DNA of 64,000 nucleotides from Convolutriloba macropyga. Its lineage: Eukaryota. Under the pieces are notes generated by a model, which searched no databases, had not been told where the DNA came from, and saw only the letters and a list, made by a program, of their open reading frames with translations. How positions within the stretch are numbered: the stretch's first letter is position 1; every line of letters starts with the position of its first letter. A program made the position numbers and the translations under genes. The stretch covers positions 32,302,001-32,366,000 of the forward strand of contig NC_134472.1 of NCBI RefSeq assembly GCF_964194025.1. Direction: 5' to 3'. Positions 47,706 to 60,885 of the stretch are shown in pieces.

Positions 47706-48322
47706 AAAAGATAATGCACCAATTTCGACGCACTTTTAGCAGTGTGACTTAAATCAGTATAATGCCACCAAATTTAGATCATTAACCGGGAGTTTTAGAA
47801 AAAATTAGACTTAAAATGCAAAACTCAAGCGGGGGGGGAGGGGGGTGGGGTTAAATAAGTTGACTAAGATGGGCTTCAAAAATTATGTCTTTAGAGGTAA
47901 TTATAAACCATCATTCACACTTTATTCGAGAGCATTTAATAATCTAGAAATTGAAAATGCCTAAAGATATTAAAAACATAGTTGAAAAACCTCCAAATTG
48001 CGTGACACTCTGAATTGATCAGCATTTCCTGCATCAACTTTACTTCAAAAAATTATTGATTAAAAAAATTCACTTCTCCAATACTGCTCTACGAGTCGTA
48101 AAAAAATTATCACTAGCATCACTATCAGCATCACTTTCTCCATCAAAAACAAAGAACTCAAACTTAAAACTGAATTCAAAATTGCTCAAATCATAAGTTA
48201 CTATCAACCCATTAAATCAAACCACTCAACAGTTTGTACAACTACACTCAAAAGCAAAACAAAAACTATCAAACTTCAACTAAACAGGTGAGCAAGACAG
48301 CACCGCCACACTTTACAAAACT

Positions 48323-51300
48323 TCAAAGTTCAAGATCTGATATTTCAAGATAGTTTTTCAACTCCTCATACATTTCAGCTTTCTCATCACTTTCATCCCA
48401 TTTATGTTTAAAAATTATTCTCCTTAATTGTGAATGCATTTCAATGACATCCGAAATTCGTGCAAAATCGAACGCTTTTTGTACCGCAACCTCCAGTAAT
48501 GCATTATTCAAGGTGTCTAACTTAGCACGCAAGTCGCTTCGTTTACGCTCCATCTCAGCAGCATCGACTTGAACATTTGGTAGTCCAATTTCGGGCGATG
48601 CCTCGCGAGACACATCAATTGCATTTTGAGACATGTTTGAATTTTCAACTGCAGTGTCGTGGTTTTCGACATCCTCATTAACGCTGTTCTTCAATTCATC
48701 AGAATGGCCTTCAGCGCATTCATTTGGAATTTCTTCATTTCCTTCTTGATTTTCAGAGGGGGGCACTTCTGTGTTCTCCGATTCGGTTTCGTTCAAAATA
48801 ACATCAGTAAACAATCGCTCATTCTCTTCCTTTTGTGTTGTTTCGTTGTTACTGACAATACTTTCAGTTACCTTTCCTAGATCCAATGATGTCGATGATC
48901 TGTTCACAATTTCTTCATTGTCAAAAGGCAGAGTCTGCTCAGTTAGAAGAGGTTCCAAGCTTGAGTCAACTAGCAATTTGCTTTGTTCCATTTCGTTATC
49001 CGGGGAGAACATTTTGTCTGCGTAAACTAGAGTTCTTTCTTGATCTTTGGAGCTGATTTGACTTTGCTGCTCACTCTCATTGAGATCCTCGCCAGAACTT
49101 TGTCGCCTGTTACCTGTAGCTGGTGTAACCATCATTTCATCAGATTGTTTCGATTTTGATCTTGTAATACGCGGCTTGATCGGACTAATGCGGCTTTTAA
49201 ATGGACTTTCAGTCTGTGAAGATTTGAGCGAATGAACAAAAGCTTGCTGTTGCTGTTTCTTATACTTTTTAACAATATCACGCGAGACGTCGTTCCGGTT
49301 TCTATTTGCAACTGGTGGCTTTGCTTTCGGTTGTATTGTTAAGGGATCAACTAAATCTCCCTGCTTACTACGCAGCTTCATTGGAAAATTATGATTAGAA
49401 GAGCTCTGGTGGGGTTGTGGCGGTCTCGTGAAGAAAAATTTGGGTGCTTTGGTTTGTGGTTTGAGCCCTAAAGAGCTGAAGCTTCGCAAACTTTCAGCAC
49501 ATTGCTCCTCAAACTCCGAGTCTATTTCCATTTTGACCATACTCAAGGCTGAATCTCTGAAAGCACATGCTCTGTGACGCACTCGCAAACTTTGTGGATC
49601 TGAAACGGGATTGTACTCCAATGCGTTGTCCGCGATCAAGTCTATATCTTCTAAGAACTGTATGATGCTGACATATTGACCGGAATCGGTTTTGCTCATC
49701 ATTGTAGTCAAGTCCATTGGTTGTTTAATGACGTCATAATAGTCAGCAACTTCTTCTCGGTCGACTGGTTTAAGAAAGCAGCGATGTTCGGGTGATCTTG
49801 CCAGACGTATCAAGACATCGCGTAGATAAATTCTCAGTTCTCGCATCAAGGCAATGTGTTTCTCTCTTATCCGATTTATCTCTCGCTCATTCAGTGATGC
49901 TGGTCCTGCGTTTGGCTTGAGCACAACTTTTTTAAACTTCTCAACCGGCTTCAAACTTGTCTTCTTAAAAGTACAATTTCTGATCAGATCATTGAAAATC
50001 TCACCAAAGTAGGCTCTGTAACATTCCCTAGTTGGTGTGCCACTAATAACGTGGGCGCTTTTGTTCATATCAATTTCAAAAACCGATATCGACTCCTCGT
50101 AATTGTAGTAGCTACTCGGCAAAGTTAAAAGAACCAAAAAGTTTCCAGGGAGAGATTTGAGTCTGGCGATGAATTCTGTAATGATCAGTCGAATGGCGGG
50201 TGATACTTCACCATAGAATGAGACTGTATTTGGGATGCATATCACGGCTGATTGCGATCTGGCTGCTTCCTTTAGCATAGCAACAACGGCCTCCTCGGGA
50301 GTCAATCCAGCGGCACCAAACAGCACTGAGTGTGTCATCATAAATATTTGCATGTCTTCATATTCGTTCAATACAGCGGGCAATAAACACGTGTCAACAA
50401 TATTATCTCCGTCATTGTACCAAATACAAACAATGGCTTTTGAAGATGGTTCAACTAAGTTTGCCAAAGGTTCAAATTTTGAGTCTTTAGCGTTTTCCGG
50501 CAATATCAGTCCATCAAGAACTGCATCAAGCTCACTGATTGGATCCGGTTTATTGCAACTATTTCTTTCGTGATAAAACACGGCAGATATTTTTGCGCAC
50601 ATCCTACCAAGCTCGTTTCCCAAAAGAAGCGATAAAGAATTGCTCAACGGTTTAGCAGGGCAATCTGTAACCCGGGTAGTCGAAACTTTAATGCTTCTCA
50701 TAGCGTTGAAAACATCCACAATCTCAACATTCACACTTGTGATGTCGATTTCCAGCTTGCTACTAGATACATAGATTTGTGGGTAGGTTCTTCTAGCGGA
50801 AATCAAAGCCGATTCCATACAAAGAAGGTTTATATCTGCTCCCGAGTATCCGTGCGTCTTTTCGGCAACCAGCTGCATCAATTCGTTGCTCATTGGCGGG
50901 TTCCAGGCCTTGGTAGCAATTTTAACAACCTCCAAGCGAGCGTTAACATCCGGCATTTTAAACAGAAACTCGCGATCAAATCGTCCAGGTCTTCGAAGAG
51001 CTGGATCAATTGAATCGATTCTATTCGTCGCTCCAATGACAATTATTTCTCCACGATTGTCTAAGCCGTCCATTAGAGCTAACAAAGTTGATACTATACT
51101 ACTGTGAATCTGATCTTGTCGACTGCTTCTAACTGGTGCTAAACCATCTATCTCATCGAAGAATATAATCGACGGTCGCATAATGTAAGCCTGATCAAAA
51201 AGCAGCCTCAGTTGCCTCTCCGATTCGCCAACCCATTTGCTCAAGCAATCAGCTCCCTTCCGCATGAAAAACGAGATCTTTCGACCACTGTCTTTGGAGC

Positions 51301-52495
51301 ATTCATTCGCTAATGCTCTGGCCATCAGAGTTTTACCCGTACCTGGGGGCCCATAAAACAAACAGCCTCTTGGAGGATTGATATTAAATTTAGAAAACAG
51401 CTCAGGGTAGAGAAATGGCAGCAGGACCATTTCCTTAAGTGATCGAATATGTTTGTCGAGGCCTCCAATTGAAGCAAAAGTTGTCGATTTGTCAATATTC
51501 ATTGGATCAACATCGGCCAAACTGGCTCCGATAGCCTTTCGGTCTCTTTGAGTTTGTGTCAAATCGCATATATTAAGATTCATCGGCAGAAGCGACATTC
51601 TAGACCGTCTCATACTACGCTTCTTTCGTCTCCTGAAACTGCGCTCATCACCACTTGAGCTGCTTGACGACGAATCAGAATCACTATTATGGAATTTAGC
51701 TTTCCGTTTTTTCTTACTATGTCTTCTCGCTTTCGAGTTTTCACGCAGGCGACTACTCAAAGTTGCAGCAAAGTACGATGGAACATGTACATTTGTACTT
51801 TTCTTGCTCTTCGCATTTGACGGCCGGAAGAACTCGGGCGCTTTTCGTTCAGCACGAAGATTGTATGTCGGTTTGTCATCAAACTCATTTTCCCTACCAT
51901 CAGTTTCAGTAGAATTAGCAACGGTTTCTTCTTCATCGCAAGTTTCGGTTGCGCAGCCTGAGAATACACATTGCGAATTCAGCTGTCGGGTCTGTTGTCG
52001 AGTTCGACCGATGATTGTTTCGCTCTCGTCTTGAGTTACATCTTCCTGCTCCTCAAATTTGGGTTTTTTGCTTTCAGGCTCTTCCTCACGGGGTTCCGAA
52101 TGTCGAAGGGTTATCTCTTCTGATTTCACAAATTGTTCACTACGCGAGTCAAATCGCTTAAATGGTTCTAACGAGAACATCTGCTGACCCCTATGAGTTC
52201 TTGACCGCTTTGGATATCTTGTGTCAGGGTTGCAAGGTGGCGCGCTCCTACGTGACTTAACTGAGCTTGAGGTGACGGGCGGACAGTTTTCGGCATCACT
52301 CAGAATGTCGTACAGAGGGCGAGACGTTGTTACCCGACTTCTCTTTCGGAACTGGTCGTTTTCTTCATCACTGCGCCCGATATCAAATTTGGAGGTATTA
52401 TTAAAAGCTGATGAGGTTTGATCAGATATTATCGGCGAGGGAGCCGATTGCTGTACATTACTGAGGCTGCTCAAGGAATGGCGGGTTTGGACCAT
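48323..52495 (-). CDS. ATAD2: ATPase family AAA domain-containing protein 2 (AAA+ and bromodomain), single coding exon
   Basis: MVQTR start; GPPGTGKT, MRKGADCLSKWVGESERQLR, FFDEID, RRPGRFD; bromodomain FLKPVD...DYYDVIKQPMDL...NALEYN. Confidence 0.96.
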   Translation of the reverse strand: MVQTRHSLSSLSNVQQSAPSPIISDQTSSAFNNTSKFDIGRSDEENDQFRKRSRVTTSRPLYDILSDAENCPPVTSSSVKSRRSAPPCNPDTRYPKRSRTHRGQQMFSLEPFKRFDSRSEQFVKSEEITLRHSEPREEEPESKKPKFEEQEDVTQDESETIIGRTRQQTRQLNSQCVFSGCATETCDEEETVANSTETDGRENEFDDKPTYNLRAERKAPEFFRPSNAKSKKSTNVHVPSYFAATLSSRLRENSKARRHSKKKRKAKFHNSDSDSSSSSSSGDERSFRRRKKRSMRRSRMSLLPMNLNICDLTQTQRDRKAIGASLADVDPMNIDKSTTFASIGGLDKHIRSLKEMVLLPFLYPELFSKFNINPPRGCLFYGPPGTGKTLMARALANECSKDSGRKISFFMRKGADCLSKWVGESERQLRLLFDQAYIMRPSIIFFDEIDGLAPVRSSRQDQIHSSIVSTLLALMDGLDNRGEIIVIGATNRIDSIDPALRRPGRFDREFLFKMPDVNARLEVVKIATKAWNPPMSNELMQLVAEKTHGYSGADINLLCMESALISARRTYPQIYVSSSKLEIDITSVNVEIVDVFNAMRSIKVSTTRVTDCPAKPLSNSLSLLLGNELGRMCAKISAVFYHERNSCNKPDPISELDAVLDGLILPENAKDSKFEPLANLVEPSSKAIVCIWYNDGDNIVDTCLLPAVLNEYEDMQIFMMTHSVLFGAAGLTPEEAVVAMLKEAARSQSAVICIPNTVSFYGEVSPAIRLIITEFIARLKSLPGNFLVLLTLPSSYYNYEESISVFEIDMNKSAHVISGTPTRECYRAYFGEIFNDLIRNCTFKKTSLKPVEKFKKVVLKPNAGPASLNEREINRIREKHIALMRELRIYLRDVLIRLARSPEHRCFLKPVDREEVADYYDVIKQPMDLTTMMSKTDSGQYVSIIQFLEDIDLIADNALEYNPVSDPQSLRVRHRACAFRDSALSMVKMEIDSEFEEQCAESLRSFSSLGLKPQTKAPKFFFTRPPQPHQSSSNHNFPMKLRSKQGDLVDPLTIQPKAKPPVANRNRNDVSRDIVKKYKKQQQQAFVHSLKSSQTESPFKSRISPIKPRITRSKSKQSDEMMVTPATGNRRQSSGEDLNESEQQSQISSKDQERTLVYADKMFSPDNEMEQSKLLVDSSLEPLLTEQTLPFDNEEIVNRSSTSLDLGKVTESIVSNNETTQKEENERLFTDVILNETESENTEVPPSENQEGNEEIPNECAEGHSDELKNSVNEDVENHDTAVENSNMSQNAIDVSREASPEIGLPNVQVDAAEMERKRSDLRAKLDTLNNALLEVAVQKAFDFARISDVIEMHSQLRRIIFKHKWDESDEKAEMYEELKNYLEISDLEL

Positions 52496-54156
52496 TGCTA
52501 CCAGAAAACCATTCAAATTTAACCCTGAAATCAAGCATCCTAACTTAACAGCGGAAGGACTTTCAGAAATTTTTATTTTTTGTACACTAAACTATGAGCT
52601 GCCAAGACAAAATAAAACACAGAAAATGAAAGAACGATATACAAGTCTATCATGAGTTACGCCCGAGTTGCTCTTCAATTTCTCATCTAAAATATTTTAT
52701 TGTTCTTCAAGACAAATTTTATCAGAGAGAATATAATGTTCAGATCAGAGACATCCGATCAATTAACTCTCGATGCAAAGCAAAAAGCTTGCGGCTCTTC
52801 GCATATTTTTTTTGCAAAAAGCAATCTTAAGTAATCCACTTTTGAAAGAAGTACCAATGTATACAGATAAGCTATACTTATAGACAGAGCACCTGAAAAT
52901 AAGAGAGAACGATTGATGTTATGCATAGTGAGGAACGTTCACGTTTGCACTATTTCATAATTACTAGTTTAGTACAAAAATTCTCTAAACAATAATGGCT
53001 TCCTTAAACCTTGTCAACCTGCCTCCTCAAGCGTTCTTCAGCAGCTTTGTTGAAGCGTACACTTAGCTTAGTACATCTCTAAGAGCTTAGTACATCTCTC
53101 AGACACTTAACGCCCCTGGGCTGCACCACTTAAATGAATTGATACAGCAAAAACACCAATGAAATGAATTGATTCAGCCAAAAATTACCTGCATAATGCA
53201 ATTTTTCTTCGATTCGTACGAAAAACACACATGTCTACCATAATTCAGTTCGAGAGCAAGCAACGAAATAAAATGTTTAAAACAGAAAAGCAACTAGAAT
53301 TTGATGACTAGACCACATGAACTTCAAATGTACTTCAAAGTTGGATTAGATCAAATGTACACAACGTCTTGTTTCTGCGTTTGTGAAGATATGAAGGAAC
53401 ACTATGAAAAACAAGAACGGAAAAAAATTTAGAATACCCATGAAGGTTGTTTGACTTTAGAATTCAATCTTCTTAGAATTAAAAGCAGCAAATGTGACGT
53501 CGCAAACAGGCAAAAGCATGAGTACACGCAAACAGTCAGACGAAATTAGTAAAATAGAAATTGCAAATTGTTAAAAATTCGAAATCCTTTAAAAATTGAA
53601 CTTAATGAAAAACAATTCAATTTTTCTCAATCAAATTCATAATTGCACTTTGCCGAACGTACTAGATAGCGATTTTGACAAATCAGTGTTCACCAAAGAT
53701 AAAATTTTCTCAATATTTATCAGAGATCACTGCATTTACAAAAAAATATTCAAAACGAAAGCAATAATAGAAAACTCAACGTTTTTTTCAAACTTTGCAA
53801 TTAACTAATTCATTTCTTTCAAATTAAAGACCTCCTTTGCTTGAAATAATTTCCAGCAGATTAGTGGATTAAGCTAGCTCTAAAAAACCATGAACTAAAT
53901 CGAAAAATTATCAAGACGGCAGGTGCGATTCTGTGCGTAGCACAGAATGTTCCAACATGCCTCTTAACGTTGCAAAAACACTTTTAAAATTCTGTCAGAG
54001 AAACCGTTCCGAGTATCCGAAAGCAACTTATATGCCTTAGAGAAAATTACTTGTACTGTTTGAACCCAAAAACTATGCCGTAATTAAAAATCTTCAACAA
54101 ATTCGAGAAAGACAAGTATAATAGAGATCGAACAACACAGACATAGAAAAATCATA

Positions 54157-54160
<4 letters not shown>

Positions 54161-54232
<72 letters not shown>
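54161..54232. repeat. (CA)n microsatellite
   Basis: Read directly; one interruption. Confidence 0.98.
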
Positions 54233-54233
<1 letters not shown>

Positions 54234-55169
54234 TAAAAAACTCCAAATACAGAGCCCAACATTTAAAAAATGACTTTTTAAATCTTGTTTTTGGCAGTTG
54301 ACCAAAAATCAAGGTTAGGTCCACTTTCTTCTTTTTCTAAAAAAAAACTAGGCGTGGACATTTTATTTTGAGGCAATCCTAACCATAACAGTATTTTTGA
54401 CGTAATGAATTGTAATTTTGAAAATTCGAGAAAAATTTTCTCAATTTTGATATTTCATTGGGACAATCAAATCTTAAAAATCTCAAATTTGTTACCAGCG
54501 AGACTTGAAAACAAAGTTTTTGTTTTGAACCTATTTAAAGCCACAATATGTTGCAAATATTTAATAATTTTTCTAATTTTGCGATGATTCCTAACAGTTC
54601 TGGCACTTCGCCTCTATCTGTATCCAATATTGGACAACTAACTCTCTCAGATTTAAAAACTCGGAACGACTTTGGACTCTGCAATTTTTCAGTCAACTGT
54701 ATTGGTAATTGTAAAATTGACACTAGAATTTATAATAAAATTCTTTCAAAAAATTTTGTGATTTTTGACGTTTCGTGAGCATAATGAGACAATTAGTTTT
54801 TCAACATCCCGCAGACGTGAAATCACTGAGATTTACAAAAATTCTTAGTATAAGACATTTAAAACCGCAATTTAAAGCGAACAGAGCAATTTCTGTATTT
54901 TTTCAAGATCTCTGAGAGTTTTCTCACTCTGCCTCAATTTCTGTCTAACATTTAATGAAATCTCTTTCACATTAACTCTCTCTCTCTCACACACACACAC
55001 ACATACTAATAGCACGCACATTTCAATTACTCACATCCCAACATACAACCCCAAAAGGGCGAAGAGACGCACAAACACGCACACAGAAAAAAAGACAAAC
55101 CTCCAGACCAATTTTAAAATTTTATTAACTTTACTCGAAGTTCTTCATCGTTCATTTATGTCTTACTTG

Positions 55170-57382
55170 TTTTTTTATGGAAAACTAGATGTAGATTTCT
55201 TGAGGCAACTGTATCAGCAATTGTAAAACTGACACTAAAATCTGAGATGAACTTTTTAAATTCGAATTAGTTATTTATAATGTTGCCAGGGCATAATCGA
55301 CCAATTCGTTTTTTTAAAAAAAAACATCTCGTAGTCGCGTAAACAGAGACGGTATCAAGTACTTTTAAAACTGTAATTTATAGCAAATTTTCCGTAATTT
55401 TTTAACTTTTCAACATTTCTGATGGTTTTCGCACTCTGCCTCCAGTTGTGTCTAAAATGTTAAGGAACGTTCAAAAGTGTCCCTAAAGGCTCTTCATTAG
55501 TAGCGCTGAGTAACATTGGTTATCAGTAAATTTTATGTTTGGGCCCATTCAATTAAGTAAAAGCATTTTTAAAGAAATCGGGAATTTTATTAATTTTAAA
55601 GAGAACTGTCACGCCCCTATTTCGTGCCTCATAGTCACGTGATGTTTTTCCTATAAATATCCATAATAAGTGCTATAATTTAGTTCATATTCAGATAGTT
55701 CTCAAGGCCATATATAGCCAGTATTTCCATCTAGGCCTGTAGCCCCTAATTTGTTTATGTTCATTAAAAACAACCGCAGATTGACAGTTTACTGATAAAT
55801 ATATTAAGTGCCTAAAAGCCTCAATATTTACCTTTTTGAGCTCCCTGTCAATGAATTCGCATATTTGTTAAATAACTTTATAAGAAACAATGTACTTGAT
55901 GAAGTAAATATTATGATAAAGTAGGTGCTGATACAGAAGTTGTATATGTACTTAACAAACATCCAGAGACGTACAAAAGCCGGAAATTGCCCAACTTGTA
56001 TATCAGTAATTCTTTACGAAGGACCAAAACAACTCAAGGTACAGCCCTGCGGAACCCTCGATCACCAGAACACCGGATAACCAGCCTGAAAGCCAGTTGA
56101 CCAAAATCTCTTAAAACTTGATAGAACTTGAAAACTTAATAATTCTTGATTAATTCTTGCTGAAATAATTAAAGATTGAACTGGAAAATCTTTATAAAAT
56201 GCTAAGTTAAAACAAGGCTTCCTTAGAGCTAAATTGCGACCGAACAAAGCCAGGCAAATTAGTGTATATAACACGCATCTGAACCACTTAATAAGAGGCT
56301 ATTACTAGCTAGTTTTATTCAAAATATATCCGCTAAAAAACCGCACTGTGAAACATCAAAAAAGTCCTTGTAAAATGATAATTATTCACATTATTCGATT
56401 CAAATATTAACAATAATAACACCTCAAGAAAGACATTAAAAATCAGTGCGTAACATGGCGACAGGAGGTACTAACTGTTTCCCAGTTTAACGGACCGAAA
56501 TTACGATTAATTCCTTAGTCTAAACACTATTTAAAAGAGGGCAAAACCAAAATTTATACAGAAAAACAGAACATTTATATTTATTTTCGCCACCCAGCTC
56601 CGGAGGTCAAAGAATCAAACAGTGACTTCGGTAAATATGCTGTTGCCTATCTGAGTGCAGTTTCCACAAGGCCTGTGCGGTCGTGGTCCCCACGAATTTT
56701 CCTAGACTAAGGGGCACTCTTTAATGGTGAGACTTCGGTGGCCCATACGGCTTCAACGTTAACAGTCTGACGATTTGACCAGAGCTTTAGGCATAGGTTC
56801 ATAAGTAGCCCAAATTTACTATTTCCCGAACAAATGGTTTCAGTAGTTTCTTTTTCTGATATCTTGTGCTACTCATTCAACTTCTTTTACCTTCATTAAC
56901 CAATTAATCTCCCCAATAAGTTAAGTTAAGTGTGCTATTTAATACTTTCGAACGAAACAAGACTGATTTTTATGGAAAACTAGGTGTAGATTTCTTGAGG
57001 CAACTGTATCAGCAATTGTAAAACTGACACTAAAATCTGAGAAGAACTTTTTAAATTCGATAAATTAGTTATTTATAATGTTTCCTGAGCATAATCGGCC
57101 AATTCGTTTTTTTTAAAAAAAATCTCGTAGTCGCGTAAACAAAGCCGGTATCGAGTACTTTTAAAACTGCAATTTTCAGCAAATTTTCAGTAATTTTTTA
57201 AACTTTTTAACATTTCTGTCGGTTTTCGCACTCTGCCTCTAGGTGTGTCTAAAATGTAAAGGAACGTTCAAAAGTGTCCCTAAAAGGTCTTTATTAGTAG
57301 CGCTGAGTAACATTGCTTATCAGTAAATTTTATGTTTGGGCCCGTTCAATTAAATCAAGTATTTTTAAAGAAATCGGGAATT
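55170..57382. repeat. ~0.42-kb direct repeat pair (55170-55587 and 56966-57382); older third copy at ~54690-54960
   Basis: Near-identical from TTTTTATGGAAAACTAG to AAAGAAATCGGGAATTT. Confidence 0.85.
55607..56959. mobile_element. Possible solo LTR
   Basis: TGTCACG...CGAAACA ends and a TATA-like CCTATAAAT; flanks AGAAC/AGACT are not a clean TSD. Confidence 0.3.
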
Positions 57383-57937
57383 TCCTGGAAATTCGTTGAA
57401 AATAATTGAAAAATATACGCAAAATTTTGTGCGGTGCCTTCGTAGAAGGCACCGCGACTCGATTTCTGCTGTCAAAAATCACTTTTTTCAATTTCTAAAG
57501 ACAGTTTTTGTCACTTTTTCCTCCTTCATAGGAACATTTGACAAAACACAACAATTTTTAACTTCGTACGTTGCTCTCTGCTGTAAACAAGTTTCAATTC
57601 GATGTAGTTAAAGTACTTATCTTCGGGCTCTGGTGGAGCAATAAGTTCGAGCAGTTAAAAGGTTGCTAAAAAAGAAATCATTTACAAAATGGCAAGAATA
57701 TTAAATTGAAAAAAAAAATAAGTTTATCCACTCTTACGTTTGTATTACAGGGCACACTGGAAAGAAGGTCTAAGGACCTCGTTGCGCGTCCTTTCCCAGC
57801 CTAAAATAATCTTGAATAAATTTTCAATTTGTTTGTTGGATATATCAAATGCTTTTATTTTTCGATGTTTGATTGTGATCTATGTCGTGTTTTGATTATC
57901 CTTCTTTGTACATTTAATTTATGGGCCGGGATAAATT

Positions 57938-57939
<2 letters not shown>

Positions 57940-58004
<65 letters not shown>
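57940..58004. repeat. (TC)n microsatellite, possibly a retroposon tail
   Basis: Read directly; preceded by AAATTAAC as at the LINE 3' end. Confidence 0.95.
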
Positions 58005-58008
<4 letters not shown>

Positions 58009-59980
58009 CTTAGAGAACCTTAGTTTTTAAGAGAACCGAAACAGAAAAAAATTCTTTTTCCGAAACAAAGTTTCGTTTTTCATATAAAAAGTTTCGCAGT
58101 CAAAAAATGAATTTTTTTTTCAGTTTAAACAGACGCCAAAAGACAGGAAAAGATCAGTCCGAAGATCAATTTCAAAATAAATAATTTTTGGAACTTTGGT
58201 CAAATAGTTCAGAATGTTAATTTTTAGGCTTGAAACAGTAAAAAAGCGACAAAACCCCCATTCAACCTAACTAAATTTGCCATCAACCTGTACAATTTTT
58301 GTATCACGATTTTGAAACTACACTGTAATAGAAAATCGGCGAAAAATCCATTTTACGAAACCAGGCGATACCTTTACGAATTGGCGAAACCAGGTTTATA
58401 CGATGAGAGCAAGCATACTCGTCTGAAATTGAAACTCCGATTACTCTTGCAATTTTAAGACCAATTTATTTCCAATAAGGAAAACGAACGATATAACCAA
58501 AAATAATCGAATTGAACAATTATGGAGCATTAATGGAATAGTTTGAAATAAAAATGCAGTCAAATTCAATTAAAGTAAGCATACGTCCTTTTGAGAACAA
58601 ACTCAAGACCTGACCAGCTTTATTATTGGGCAAACACCATTCGATATTCAAAAGAGCACGCACCAAATAAATTGAAACGTACCAAACAATATACTAAAAC
58701 AAATACGAAAACAAATTAAAAACTCACTTCCCACTTTTAAAGAAACCTTGAGCTATCAAAGTCGTTAAAACCAATAAAAGCCGTAAACACACTCTTGACC
58801 GAACCGTAAACACAAGCTCTATAGAAAATAAACGAGGGAAAGGGTGAAAAGACAATAGATATTTTTTTTTTAAATGCCATCATAGTCAATATAACACAAA
58901 AACTAAAACATCGAACCATTCAGCAGCAACAATCAATAAACATTTAAACTTTTTATCAAAACCAATGGTCTCAAAACCAAAAATCTAATTGCCAAAGACA
59001 GGAACGATCAAAAAGATGCAATGCAGTCTCAGTAAAAATCTGAGGAGATCTGCCAAAACAAAGAAATTACTATAAAAAAAATTTAGAAAACATGGTCAAA
59101 ACTGCTGTTTTTAAAAAAACAAATGGTCTAAATTGAAAACAAACATTAGCTACAAACTGAAACAATGAAATAGATTCAATTTCAATTCATAAGGAAGTAA
59201 ATGTCACCTGTCATTACTGAGAAAATGTAACAAGCCAAACCAGTACAAGGAGCCAGAACCAAAAAAAATCTAATAATTTGTGAAAAAATGGTGCCGCAGT
59301 CGCCGTTTTAAATGAATACTGACAACATAAAACCTCAATAGTGGGACAAGGACAACTGTCATTAACAAGATTAAATGTTAGGGCAACAAAAATAACTTTA
59401 AAATGGTTGAATAATGAATCAAATTTAAATGAAATATTGAAAAAATAGCGTCAAAATTGTTCAAACCGTTGGATATAAATTCACCAATTAGGTTCAATTA
59501 CGTAGTCAGAGCGCCCGAAGATCTTGCATTAATGTTATCAAATGAGAGGACAAGATCTATAAAAATAGGTAAAGCACAAAAAAGATGTGATAATTTTTGC
59601 GAACGAATAGTGTCAAATTCTTTAAAAACGTTAGATGAAATGAAAATGTTAAACACGGGTCATTAATGAGACTAAGAGACAGCACAATACATATAAATAT
59701 GGAAAAATACACTAACTCAAAAATTCACCAACATTTTACGAAAATCAGTGCTCAAGTAATAAAAACAATTAGCTTCCCCTTGATGAAATCAAAAATTAAA
59801 TATATTCACCACTAGAACACATGTGCCAAAACTTTTTCAAACCAGTTTTCTCATTCGACTTTGAAAGTAGCTCAACAAAAAATAGATAAACGTCGATGAA
59901 TTACTCTCAGACAAGCGGGGGCAATTCAACTAACAAATTGGCTGTAGCTTAGAAATGTTTTATGGGTGCAAAAAGTCCAA

Positions 59981-60051
59981 CCCCAGCGATGGTTCGAACC
60001 CTGGATCTCCAGGACGCTAGTCCAACATCTGAACCACTACACTACAATGCC
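59981..60051 (-). pseudogene. tRNA-derived sequence (Pol III A and B boxes) within a Helentron-like fragment extending to ~60353
   Basis: A box TAGTGTAGTGG, B box GGTTCGAACC; acceptor and T stems do not pair; CCAAGAGAAGGCCAAT end motif at ~60317. Confidence 0.6.
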
Positions 60052-60885
60052 GTTGCTTTATTTTCGAGCTTAATTGCTTTTGTATTAGCAATTAACTTTA
60101 TTTCGGAAAGAGAAACTTAATCTTTCACAAAAGCGTGGAAAAATTACTCACGAAGTCAAAGAAAGTTCTAGAAAAGTGCAAAAATTACTGCTTGTCGCTC
60201 CTTTCACTAATCCAGCGTCCAAAATCACTACTTTAATTTGACTTACTGACAAAAAAAAGTGTGAACCCATCTTAAAAAATACAGCACACCGTTACAATTC
60301 TTTAAACCGTAAAAAACCAAGAGAAGGCCAATTATAGCTTGCTACCGCAGCTAATTCTACAAAGTAATATAAATTCTACTCTAATTCGTTGATAACATGA
60401 CTGACCGATCTCTCAAGCAGTTGCATTTAAATGCACCAGCGATTCTCGGAAGAACAGTATAGCTAAAAAAGCTTTTTAAAGGTTAACTTGGCGGGCAAAT
60501 ATCTGCTTCCCGTCAGCTGGAGGGACAAATGGCCAAAAATGTATCATTTTTATAAATACTTATTTATCTTTGTGAACTTCGAATAAATCTCTATAGAGGA
60601 TGTTCTAAATCTGAAGTGTAAGGCAAAACTTGACCAGAAGAGCAGTGAGTATACAGAAGTACCAAAGAATTAAACGTGCATTCAGATGTCCAACTTTCCT
60701 TACTTTTTTTTAAAGAAGAGAATGTTTTCCTCAATACGTATTAATTCAGAATCATCTCGGGCACGGTTTTTTATTTAGGAATCTTCTTTGACCACAAACT
60801 AAAACAAATTGTCAGGAAACGATCAACTTGTAAGATATCTATGTTAAATCAATTTACACCCTAAAAAGGGGGAAATTAGCTAGAC

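Noticed and set aside
54084-54324. VCVCVC ORFs
   Set aside because: Translation of the (CA)n microsatellite
59981-60051. Functional tRNA gene
   Set aside because: Acceptor and T stems do not pair and there is no canonical 7-nt anticodon loop; kept only as a tRNA-derived cassette
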